A stretch of DNA of 63,281 nt, filler included, from Chiloscyllium plagiosum (taxonomy: Eukaryota): the NCBI RefSeq assembly GCF_004010195.1. It is 8 parts of one record of this genome, joined end to end, with 100 filler letters (N's around TTAATTAATTAA, not from the genome) between each part and the next. Parts side by side here need not be neighbours in the genome. Positions count along the whole stretch, not along the records: positions 1 to 22,476 come from NC_057717.1; 7 more parts are not named here. One strand, given 5' to 3'. Below the pieces are notes generated by a model, which was given only the letters and a program-made list of their open reading frames with translations, did not search any database and was not told the DNA's origin. Shown here one piece after another: positions 1 through 10,248 of this stretch (the stretch's first letter is position 1; every line of letters starts with the position of its first letter). The position numbers and the translations under genes are program-made.

Positions 1-722
1 GCACCTTCCTCTGCCACCGCAGGAATTGCAAAATCTGCGCCCACATCTACCCCCTCATCTCTTTCCAAGGCTCCAACATCCATCAAGGTTTTACCTGCAC
101 TTCCACACATGACATTACTTGTGTGCGTTGCTCCTGATGCGGTCTACTCTAAATTGGGGAGACCGGTTGTCTTCTCACAGAGCACTACAGAGAATATCTA
201 CAGGACACCCACAAGAATCAATCCCAGTGGCCTCATGGCCAAACATTTCATCTCCCCCTCCCACTCTCCAGAGGGCATGCAGGTCTTGGGCCTCCTCCAT
301 TGCCACTGCCTCACCACCCGATGCTAGGAGGAAGAAATCCTCCTCTTCCGCCTCGGGACCCTTCAACCCCATGGCATCAATTGGGACTTCACCAGTTTCC
401 TCATTTCCCCTCCCCCTATCTTACCCCAGTTCCCACCTTCTAGCTCATCACTGTCCTCCTGACCTGTCACACCTGTGCATCTTCATTCCCACCTATCCAC
501 TACACCTTCGTCTCTGAAATATCATGTTCACCTTCCACCTCCATCCACTTACTGCACTCTCAGCTACCTTCTCCCCAGCCCCGCCCCATTCCCATTTATC
601 TCTCCATCCAATATGCTCCCAGTCTCATTCCTGATGAAGGGCTTTTGCTTGAAATGTTCATTTTTTGTGCTCCTCAGATGCTGCCGGGACCTGCTGCGCT
701 TCTCCAACACCATTCTAATCTT
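1..722 (+). mobile_element. Penelope-like retroelement 3' part (degenerate GIY-YIG endonuclease region plus terminal repeat)
   Basis: Broken frames read FTCTST..CVRCS*CGLL*IGETG (GIY-YIG region). They are followed by a C-rich UTR and the pLTR motif CTGATGAAGGGCTTTTGCTTGAAA...GATGCTGCCGGGACCTGCTGCGCTTCTCCAAC, which is shared with copies at 14709 and 32710. Confidence 0.8.
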
Positions 723-929
723 GAGGGGAATCAGTTGATTGAGAGGATTTTCAGATATTTTCTATTGTTGACCACTTTAGCAACTACCAGTTTAGGGAAC
801 AGCTAAAGGACTGAGCACAAGTCAGGTCACCACATAAACATTTTTTTTTAATTGTAAGATAAAACATGGAAGGCTGAAGTATGCAACTTTGCCCATCAAG
901 ACTGTTTCACCAATGAGTTTATCACTGAT

Positions 930-1500
930 TCCTTTCCAGGTCAGAGTGCTATGGGCCTTGGAGGGGAATTTGCAAATGGTGGCGTTTCGTTGCATCTTCC
1001 AACCTTGTCCTTATAGTCAGTACAGCTGTTGAGCTTTGAACGTTCTGTCAAATATGCCCACGTGACTTACTCCAGTGCGTCCTGTAGTTGATGCACTCTG
1101 TGGCAATTGTGCCTCGAATGAAGAGAATGAATATTGCAAGTATTGAAGAGGGTACAATCAAGTGACTGCATTGTCGTGGACCGTGTCCAGTTCCTTAAGT
1201 GTAACTGAAGTTACACGCATTGAGGCAAGTGCAGAGAGTTATGTTCCACGTCTCATTTTTGCCTTGCAAACGATGTAGGATTCACGGAGACACAAGTTGA
1301 GTTTATAATCAAAACATGACGACCAAAGGACATGTTTTTGTTGTCAAATTGTTTATATAGCCAGTTTCTATCTGTTTACTTTTCTAAATACTAGCTCTGT
1401 GGACAATTACACGGGATAATTTGGTTACAGTAATGCCATTGAATGTCAGTGGGATATGATTAGATCCTCATTTGCCAGAGTTATCATTACTCTATTTCGT
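930..1500 (-). mobile_element. Highly degenerate non-LTR retrotransposon (LINE) ORF2 C-terminal remnant
   Basis: The minus strand gives fragments like LDTVHDNAVT..NIHSLHSRHNCHRVHQLQDAL, resembling the post-RT 'LDTIQDKAARLIG..NIHSLHHRRTVAA' region of shark LINEs. Many stops. Confidence 0.45.
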
Positions 1501-1699
1501 CCTTGTGTGGACCAATCTGATTCCAGTCGCTGTCTGATTTCAAGTTCGAATTCCCGTCTGTGCTTGAAATTTCAAACGTTTCTTCGCATAAATGTCTCCA
1601 CCTACCTTAATAATATGTAAGGATTCTGCAGGGGACAGCAGAGATTAATGAACATGTTGTCAACACTGGAGAAAATGGAGCTTCGTGGAATGATTTGTT

Positions 1700-2140
1700 A
1701 GGCTGGGATTATTCTCCTTGAAACAAAGGAGGCGGAGTGCAGCTCTAATCACGTAATAACATTTCTACACGTTCAATATTCATGGGATCTTGACAGGGTA
1801 GTTACGGGCAGGTGGTTTACTCTCTGGTGTGTGGAGAGCACCAGAGGACATGAACTCAGAATTAGATATTGCCAATTTAATTCAGAAATGGGGAGTAATT
1901 TCTTTGCTCTGGGGCAGTGAATCCGTGGAACTCCTGACCAAAACTGTTGTGGAGGCTGAGTAGATGTGTATTTTCAACTGTGACAGATAGATATTTAACC
2001 AGAAAGGCGATGAAGCTTTGTCGGGGCAATGCAGGAGAATGGAGTTGAGGATTATCAAATCAGCCATGAGTTCATTGAATGGTGGAGCAGACTCGATGGG
2101 CTGAATGGCCCACTTCCAATCCTACATCATTTTGTCTAAC
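1700..2140 (+). mobile_element. CR1 LINE 3' end fragment
   Basis: RLGLFSLKQRR..., VVEAE and the typical 3' UTR AGCAGACTCGATGGGCTGAATGGCCCACTTC; homologous to the end of the CR1 at 63200-63281. Confidence 0.75.
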
Positions 2141-2786
2141 GCCTTACTTTATTGATAAATTTAGAATTCTGAGGGTATGTGATGAAGTGATAGAAAAGGT
2201 TTCCAAACTGATCAGACAGATCAGGAACTAGGCTCATAAGCTCATGAACAAGAAATGTGTTGTGGCCTGCAGACAACAAATGGCACTGGGCACACCGCAG
2301 ATGGGTATGTGCAGAAGTTGTGTTTGCTCAAGAAAATTGGTGGATCTAATATTGTTGCCAATTTGGCGTCATGCTGGATGATGGATCGCGGTATGACTCA
2401 CACAGCAAAAGGTTGTGAAAGAATGAAAGGTTCGTATTGACTGTTTGAAATACTGCTCAGAAAGTTGTGTGGAATGTTACATTAAAATTCACAATCCCAC
2501 TGGATAAACTATTGCACCCAATCTCTCCTTACTTGTTTCACTTTCATTCGAAGTAAATTCATAGAAAGTCAAGATGGAATGAAAGGAGGAAAGAAACGTT
2601 TGCACTCCTTTTCATTATCCCAATTTAACTTACAACAGAATCAAATTGCTTTATTCCGACTTCGATGAGGTATCAATTTATCACAAATCTCCAATGCAAT
2701 GAAGGACAAGAGCAGGATTCTCCATCCAGTGTATCCTAAAGATGTGAGGTACAAAGGGAAACCACAGCTGCGTTTGATAGAAGTAA

Positions 2787-2864
2787 CAGCCAGAGTAGGA
2801 TTCAAATCCACACATGCACAATGAAAGACAAACCTGTCGCGTTAAACTCTGGGCCACTTAAGTC
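2787..2864 (-). pseudogene. Degenerate tRNA-Ser(GCT)-derived pseudogene
   Basis: Minus strand GACTTAAGTGGCCCAGAGTTTAACGCG...TTGTGC..ATGTGTGGATTTGAATCCTACTCTGGCTG aligns to vertebrate tRNA-Ser(GCT); it is the mirror partner of 12333-12414. Confidence 0.5.
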
Positions 2865-4927
2865 CATGGAAAAGGGGCTCACATATAACCACATCAAGAT
2901 TACATATGGTGCACCTAGGGGATAAGAAATTCCCTGAGCAGAATCGAATCCACACCATTATGTTTCTTCTTTCAGCGGAATAATAATATCAGCAAAATCC
3001 AAGGAATTGACCTCGTCCATGGAAGGAATACCCTGTCCTTGATTTATTCCGAGTCGGTACTGTCTCAGAATGAACCAGCAAACATGTAATTGCCGTCACA
3101 TTCATACATTTAGTCTTGACGCATAATTTCTTCAGACAGTTTCTCTCTCACGTGAACAAGTATATACGGAGGGAGAAGTGAAGGTGATGTTTTAGATCGA
3201 AGGACTTTCTCAAGTGGATGAACCTGAAGTGGGTAAAATTCCCGGAAATGCGGTGTTGTTCGTTTCATTTTATTAATTTTGCTGCAACTTCACTTTGTTC
3301 ACTGCAATGATCGGAAGTGAATTGCATTTATATGATTGAAATGTTTAATGTTGTATTGAATTTTGCTCCTAATTCATTCCAGTTTAAAGAAAATACTGAT
3401 GAGAAAACAGAAGGTTAAATTACAAAACAGGATGCCAGTTTTGATGCTCAGTTACTTTGGCAGATTCCAGTGGATATCAAATGAACCCAACATCATGGCG
3501 ATTGTCCTCCCACCTTTAAACCATGGGATTAAAGCACGAAATCGATCTGTTAGAGACGGGTCACTTCCTATTCATTATGGAATTTCTTTCCTTGACAATA
3601 TACAAAATCTACTCAGTTCCATTTGTAATGCTTCATGTGAAATATTAATAGAAATCTTTCAAAACTCTGAGGTTTTTTTTTGCTGAATCTTATTCAGCTG
3701 CATACGTTTGCGATATTTCTTTATATCTGAAGTCGTCCAAATTAGACATTGTTTCCTCGCACCTTCCACGCCCCCCCACATCCCACTTTTACACTTTTGG
3801 CCAGCCACAGGTTGTCTCTCTCCTGGTAAAACTCACTGCTTGTGTGTCTCTAAATGTGCCTTTCCAAATATTTTGGAAACGGATTCTCTGAGTGACAGGA
3901 ATTCTGCTCCCAACATTTCTTTGTCCTACATCGATGGTTTTGAAACCGTGACGTTCAGTAATTTGCGAACTTGAAATAGTGAATTTACCACCTATTTACT
4001 CTCTCCAAACCTCACATACCCTGGAAAACTTGCATTCGGTTTTCCTTGGTTCAGTTTCAAGTTTTCCAAATCACAAATAACTAAAATGCCATCCCCACTA
4101 AACGCCGTCAGCATCATCTCTAATGCCTTAGCTCCCCAGTAAAAGCTGTCAGAGTCCTCTCTGATAGAATCACAGATTCCCTACAAGGAAGAAAGTACAA
4201 TTCAGCCAATCGAGTCTGTCGGGACACTCTGAACAGCATCTCAACCAGACCTAGCTCCCCTCTCTATCACAGCAAGCCTCTGGCTTGTGATTTCAAATAA
4301 ACCTGTGCAAGAAAACCTGGCATCGTGTGACTGCTGACCTTATCACTGCGTTACCCCATGGCTAATTCACTTAACTTACTGATTTCACTCCCTGGACACA
4401 TCAGCGCAATTTAGCATTTCCAATCCCCCTAACCTATAGACTTAACAGCAGTGCGAACCACTGAGCAAATGTCCCATCACATTGAACACTATCTATATCA
4501 TGTGTAATGGCTTTACACACTGGTAACTCCGCCCAGTGAAAGCAAGCTGCCCCCGTCAACCCGAATTCAATGCATACAAACGCGGTTCTACGCTGTACAT
4601 CCTCATTAGTGCTGCTGGAAATGTTTCTGCACTCGGATCTGAATGAGTTTGCTCTTTTTTCTTACTCAGAATCCTGCTTTAAGTAAACACATCAGTTAGG
4701 AACAACTCTATATAATGGTTTTCATTGCAACACAAACACAATGTGCAGTTTGCAGAATTACGTGCTTGCACTGTCACTGACACTCTCTCTCCCCAGGAGC
4801 TGCAGTCCTTCTCCGGCTGATTCAGACAGCACTGTCCTTCCTGTGACATATCCAATCGAGAATGGAAGGCCAAGCATTAATAATCTTCACTGGGGAACAG
4901 AGCCACAGGTTTAAAACCTTTACGATG

Positions 4928-4988
4928 CCTCCAGGGGAGAATTGAGCCCTGTGGCAGGCGAGGACACTAACTACGATACTGTGGAGGA
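4928..4988 (-). pseudogene. tRNA-Asp(GTC)-derived pseudogene with internal deletion
   Basis: Minus strand TCCTCCACAGTATCGTAGTTAGTGTCCTCGCCTGCCACAGGGCTCAATTCTCCCCTGGAGG versus canonical TCCTCGTTAGTATAGTGGTGAGTATCCCCGCCTGTCAC...; about 10 nt after the anticodon are missing. Confidence 0.7.
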
Positions 4989-4989
4989 C

Positions 4990-5490
4990 AACAACATCGA
5001 AGGAGGCCCTTCAGCCTGTTGTGGTTGCACTTGTTCAACACAACTGCTTAACGATCTGAATCAAGTTTTTCATTGTTTAGCCTATAGTCTTATATGTATT
5101 GGCATCTCAAATTAACTTCTCAATTTTTTTCAGGTTGGAAGGGTTTCCACCTCCCTGACCCTTTCCGCACATCTACTCAAAACTTTCTGCCTTTTCCCGA
5201 AATCTCTTGGTCCCAGTGTTCGATCCCTCCATCAATAACAAAAGCTTCTTTCAGTCTATCCTATCCATATCCCTCATTATTTTGTACATCTCAGTCGTGT
5301 CTTCTCCAATCTCCTCTGCTCGGCGACAAACAACCCTAGCCTGTCCAATCTCTCCATATAACTGAAACTCTTCAGCCCGGACAATATCCCATTGAATCTC
5401 TCCTGCAACGTTCCCAGTGCGATCACATCATTGCGATACTGTGAATTGCAGAACTGCACACAGTAATCTAGTTAGAGCCGAATTAACTTT
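4990..5490 (-). mobile_element. CR1 LINE 3' fragment ending directly at the tRNA-Asp pseudogene
   Basis: ORF 5277-5459 (QFCNSQYRNDVIALGTLQERF..GLKSFSYMERLDRLGLF) and a GAAGGGCCT tail motif near 5005-5013. Confidence 0.75.
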
Positions 5491-5504
5491 TTTTTTTCCT
5501 ATTC

Positions 5505-5848
5505 TGTTACAGTATGAGGGCGTCGCTGGCTCGGCAGTATTGATTGGGATTCCTAATTGCACAGCGGGCAGTTGACACTCAACCGTATTGCAGTGGGTCT
5601 GAAGTCACATTGAGGCCCGACCAGGTAAGAATGGCAGGTTCCTTCCTCAAAGCATGTCATTGAACCTGATGGTTTTGTTTTTTCAACAGTTGACCATGGA
5701 TTTATAGGTGTTATTAGATTCGTAATTCCAGATATTTATTGAATCTCAATTCTAACCCCTGGCATGGTTGGAGTCAAACCCGGGTCCCTGGTTCATTTGC
5801 TTGGTATCTGAGTTAACAGTCCAGTGGTAATAGTGCTCGGCCATTGCA
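5505..5848 (-). mobile_element. SacSINE1/DeuSINE-like tRNA-derived SINE
   Basis: Minus-strand head GCAATGGCCGAG..ACTGGACTGTTAACTCAGATACC..GGGACCCGGGTTTGACTCC..AATTGAGATTCAATAAA, followed by a Deu-like core (CTTACCTGGTCGGGCCTCAATGTGACTTCAGACCCAC). Confidence 0.7.
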
Positions 5849-6139
5849 GAAAACCCGTGAAACTTATCTCTCTCAATGAAGTCACTTTTCCTCGATATTG
5901 TCCTGTGTCATTTTCCTGAGCTTGACCCCCAACAATCGCAAGTCCATATCAGTAAAAGTTGCTACCTGAGGATTGGCCTCACAACAGCGGTAAACAAATG
6001 AAGCAACTGGTCTGCAGGTCCCTATGGTGGGGTTGGGACACGTTCACCCAGCAACAGTGACGGCAACAGCAGAGACTGAATGATATCAATGTGAGAGTCA
6101 GTGTTAGATTCTGCAGTGCCTTAATGAAATCGGAAATGA

Positions 6140-6268
6140 CTCCACAACCACATGATGAAAGAGCAGCGCTCCCAAAACTAGTGCTCAGTTAAACCTGTTA
6201 GACTCTAATCTGGTGTTGTGTGATTTTTAACTTTGTACACCATCGTCCAACACTGGCATCTCTAAATT
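6140..6268 (+). mobile_element. Solo Penelope-type terminal repeat (family B) with decayed hammerhead core
   Basis: CACATGATGAAAGAGCAGCGCTCCCAAAACTAGTG...TGGTGTTGTGTGATTTTTAACTTTGTAC; related copies at ~27990, ~39055, 50515 and 52795. Confidence 0.65.
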
Positions 6269-6485
6269 AATGAAATGGGGGTGTGGGACGCAAAGTTCGG
6301 TTCGTGATCGAAGGAGCGAGAGAAATCTCTGAGAACGGGTGGATTTGAATTCGGACATATGAAGCACAGAGATGTGAGCGAGCAGAATTTGAATGGAAAA
6401 GATAATCACCTTTGGAGAAAATTTCCATGTGAAAACAACTGATTCCTTTGTGTTTCACAAAAACTGGGGCAGATAGAGCAATTAC

Positions 6486-6557
6486 TGCCGTGACTCGGAT
6501 GCGAACCGAGGTTGCTGCAACCACAACGCAGAGTACTAACCACTATACAATCATGGC
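6486..6557 (-). tRNA. tRNA-His(GTG), near-intact but probably pseudogenising
   Basis: GCCATGATTGTATAGTGGTTAGTACTCTGCGTTGTGGTTGCAGCAACCTCGGTTCGCATCCGAGTCACGGCA: 72 nt, 5 substitutions versus canonical vertebrate tRNA-His (including A58C in the B box). A T5 Pol III terminator lies at 6459-6463. Confidence 0.9.
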
Positions 6558-7879
6558 ATTCCGCAGACACGCACATTGACAGCGCGCAATAAGTACAGTA
6601 TCATAGGAAATGTTAGGCAGCGCAACAAATGCACAACATCAGTGCTAAGCGAACAGTGGCAGATACGTGGGAACTCAGAATGGGCTGGCCGTTTAATATC
6701 GGTTCCCCCAGTGGCTGTGTGATTCCATCATTAATATGGGGAAGGCTGAGATAAATAGATTTCTCCAAAACATCAAAAACTCCGTGGACAGTGCAGGTGT
6801 TGTTGAAATGTATGTTTCAATAGTAGTGCAGTTTAACATCGGCTACTTTACCAGGTTCCCCCCACCCCCCCCAACAAGGCAATAACCACTGCTGCCACAT
6901 AGTCCCAATTCCCAGCCCTCGAATCAGAGGAATTGAGTGGCGCAGTCGCGAAGATCCAACTGGAAGTCGGGATAGGAATGAGGTCGCACAAATACTCGAA
7001 CACTCCAGTGATACATCCGGTGAATGCACGGCATTTCTATGACGATTTAGAGGCGCAAGCAATTCCGAGGTTGGGAGTGCTCCGGGGCAAAAGGGTAATT
7101 TTTTCCCGTTTATAGCAATCTACAGTGCATCTTGCTGAGACAGCTGAGTGCCACAACTGGAGCGTGGGCGGCTGGTTTGAAGTTTGAACTTGCTTCACTA
7201 TCACCAACATTCCTGGAATGAATTGCTTTCACCATTTTAATTTCCAATTGTTTAATATCTCCCTGCAGTCTGCGGCTTTCTTCCTCATTGTCAATTGCAT
7301 GACTAACTGTTGTATGATCTGCACACTGTTAAATCACGGCCACTACAAGTAAATATGAATCATTCATCTATATGAGAAAACAGTGGAACTCACTGCAGGC
7401 ATGCTGCGTAGGTTTGCAGGCGACGCCAGAATTGGAGATAGTAAGGAAGATTATCTAAGTTTCAAAAGGATCTTAATCCAATGAGTCGTTGGACTGAAAA
7501 AATGTAACATGGATTTCAATATGGATAAAAGGAAGGTATTGCATTTTGGTACAACAACAAGTTGCGTAGTGTTGGAGAACACGGAAGCTAGGGGTGCAGG
7601 TGCATAATTCCTTGTAGTTTGCATCACCTACAGATAATGTGGTTCAATGGCATTTAACATACTTCTCTTCATTGTTCAGTCCTTTGTGTATAGGAGTCGG
7701 GACGTTATGTTGAAGCTTTGCAGGATATTGATTCTGGAATATTATGTCCAGTTCTGGTCGCCCAGTTGTAGGAATGATATTATTCAGCTGGAGCAGTTTC
7801 AGAAAAGTATGCATGCATGTTGCCGTGCGTGGAAGGTTTGAGTTATAATGAAAGGCCGGATAGGCTAAGACTATTTTCA

Positions 7880-8087
7880 GATTCGAGATCGGTGTGCTGG
7901 AAAACCACAACAGGTAAGGCAGCATCCCAGGCGCAGGAGAATATTTTTTTTGCGCAAGTGTCGTTCAGCAGGCTCTTGCCCGAAACGTCGTTTCTCCCGC
8001 TCCTCAAATGCTGCCTGACCTGTTGGGCTTTCCCAGCACAACACTCTGGACTCTGATCTCTCATCTGCAGTTCTCACTGTCTCCTAT
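7880..8087. mobile_element. Inverted (tail-to-tail) Penelope terminal-repeat insertion, family A
   Basis: 7894-7940 is the reverse complement of ~7992-8040. It is flanked by an imperfect duplication TAAGACTATTTTCA / TGAGACTGTTTTCA of the host CR1. Confidence 0.7.
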
Positions 8088-8384
8088 TTGAGACTGTTTT
8101 CACTCTAGGTAGGGGTTTGAACGGCGACCTGACAGAAGTTTATGAATTATTGAGAGGCAAGTTAGAGTTCACGATATCTGCCTTTTCCGAGGATGGGGAT
8201 TTCAAGGTGAGAGGACATATGTTTAAGATGAAAAGACCAAGTATTTTTTTTAGAAAATCATGTGAGGCATTTTTTTAGGAAGGTGTTTTACGTGTGCAAT
8301 TTACTTGCTGAGGAAGTGATGGATGAGGGTCTGTTTTCAACATTTAATGGACAATTGATTCCAAATATGAATGGGAAAGTGGGA

Positions 8385-8705
8385 TTTTTTAAATAAATTT
8401 ATTCATGCCTAGTACATCAGTTATTTCCCAGAAGACATTTAAGAGTCAACCGCGGTATTATACGTCTGGAGTCTCCTGTGGGACAGAGCAGATGAATATG
8501 ACAGTTTGCTTCCCGAACTGGCATGAGTGAATCAGATGGGATTTTCCACACAACTGATTCAGGTAATCACGAGATTCTTCAATTTGGGTGCTCATTGAAT
8601 TCAAACTCCACCATCTGTCATGCCAGGACCTGAACTCTTGGTCCCCAAAATATTATCTGTTTTTTTGGATTAACAACACAGTAATAAAACTACAAGGGCA
8701 TTTAA
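8385..8705 (-). mobile_element. SacSINE1/DeuSINE-like SINE nested in CR1
   Basis: Homologous to 5505-5848 (AAGAGTCAACC..TCTGGAGTC..AGTGAATCAGATGGG..TTGAATTCAAACTCCACCATCTG). Confidence 0.65.
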
Positions 8706-9823
8706 ACCACTCAACGGGTACAGGAGGAGGCAGATGGGAGTAGATTAGTTTGGCAGTATGTTCAGCATGGATTGGTTGGACTGACGGGCCTGTTTTCATG
8801 CTGTATGACTCGATGATTGACGCTATGAAACAAATAGCTGGTTGGGATTAACAGCAGCATTGACAGCATAATCGAACACCTGATGGGATATGTAATCCTG
8901 CTGGAGTCTCGGAGGTTGTTTTGCTCAGTCATCCCTTCCCACACACGGGACTGGTGAATGGTCTCTCCTCAGTGTTACTGATTAAACGAGTTTCCATTTA
9001 TGTGGTTAATTGAATCCCTTCCAGCAGTTCCCACATTGCCCTGCTTTCTCTGCGGTATCAGTGTCCTTTTTTCTACACAGGGTGAACGATCCTTTCAAAT
9101 TGTGTCCACACAGGTACAAATCCCGTTTTCCATGTTGTTAATGTGTTTTAATTCTTCCTCATTCACCCACAGGGTGTGAATATCACTGGTCAGGACAACA
9201 TTTATTTTTCGCCCCTCGTTCGTTGCTGTCTGGCTACACCACAATCCTGGGTGCGATCCCAGCCTCAGGTGTCTGTCTGTGAGCAGTCTGCACATTCTCT
9301 GTGTGTTTGCGTTTTTATTTCTCCCTCTGACCAAAGGTATGCCTGTGACAGGGATCAACAATGGGAAATGCAGGCTGATGGGACAGGGAATACCCTGAGG
9401 TCTGGTGGGATGCGCTTCCGATGTACCGTGTGGACTGGAATGGCCGACAAGCCTGCTTCCCCACATGATGGGGATTCCTGAATTAAGGGTCAGCTCATGT
9501 TTTTTTTCTGGACTTGGAGTCTCTCGTAGGCAGGACTGGGTGAAGATGGTAGAATCCACTGCATAAGCGACATGAATGAATGAGATGGCAGGAAATTAAA
9601 ATCATGATCTCTGTTCCTGAGGTCAGGCTTGTATTTCAGGTTTTATTCGTCGAACGGAAACATCACCTTTTCTGTGTTCCAGTCGCCAAGGATGACTAGT
9701 TTAAAATATCACCTCAACAGCACCTTCTCCAGGTTGAAGTCTTGACTGTGTGGAAGAAACTGATACTGAGCAGATGCGAGCAAATGTAGCTGCCACCGCC
9801 AGTGTCGGAAACACAGATCCAAA

Positions 9824-9895
9824 TAGCAAAATCATCTTTTAAACCCACAACTGCAAGGTTAAGTGCTCAACACGCTCCACTTGTGCCACTCAGCT
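9824..9895 (-). pseudogene. Degenerate initiator tRNA-Met-derived pseudogene
   Basis: AGCTGAGTGGCACAAGTGGAGCGTGTTGAGCACTTAACCTTGCAGTTGTGGGTTTAAAAGATGATTTTGCTA (72 nt) is colinear with iMet AGCAGAGTGGCGCAGCGGAAGCGTGCTGGGCCCATAACC...CTCTGCTA. The mirror 5' half is at 7142-7166 (+). Confidence 0.6.
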
Positions 9896-10186
9896 GTCTT
9901 AGAAAGATGCACCAGAAATCGCTATGATAATATAAACGGGGACAACCATTCCCTTGAGCAGGAGCACACTTAACCGAGGAATTTCTTGCGTCTCTGTACC
10001 ATCACAGAAGGACAAGGCGCTCACCTAAAACCCTTGTAACCTGAATAAATATTCAGATGTGAACTTTTGATGCCAAGACATATAAGGCTGTGGGGTAAGC
10101 ATTCTGAAATGGGATTCAGTTCATTAGGCAGTTGTTTTTGACAAGTGTGGCCACATTTGGTTGAAGGGCCTCCTTTGACACTCTTG

Positions 10187-10248
10187 TCCTCGGTAGTGTA
10201 ATGGTTAGTGTCCCCGCCTGTCACAGGGCTCAATATTCCGCTGGGGAC
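10187..10248 (+). pseudogene. tRNA-Asp(GTC)-derived pseudogene with internal deletion
   Basis: TCCTCGGTAGTGTAATGGTTAGTGTCCCCGCCTGTCACAGGGCTCAATATTCCGCTGGGGAC; the GTC anticodon is retained and the deletion is the same as at 4928-4988. Confidence 0.75.

Larger units (their letters stand above)
2740..7193. repeat. Left arm of diverged inverted segmental duplication (partner 9852-12460)
   Basis: Reverse-complement matches seen throughout, e.g. 3123-3158 with 12042-12080, 3861-3910 with 11294-11344, 4770-4868 with 10305-10402, 7019-7166 with 9871-10025. Confidence 0.85.
7400..8815 (+). mobile_element. Degenerate CR1 LINE RT/3' region with nested insertions
   Basis: YRSRDVMLKL...LEYYVQFWSPSCRNDIIQLEQFQK; GLSYNERPDRL; 3' tail GGACTGACGGGCCTGTTTTCATGCTGTATGACTC at ~8778-8811. 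Confidence 0.8.

Noticed and set aside
6925..7110. Possible snRNA or additional tRNA (GAGTGGCGCAG...)
   Set aside because: Could not align to U1/U2/U4/U11 or to a full tRNA; most of it is simply flank shared with 9900-10025.
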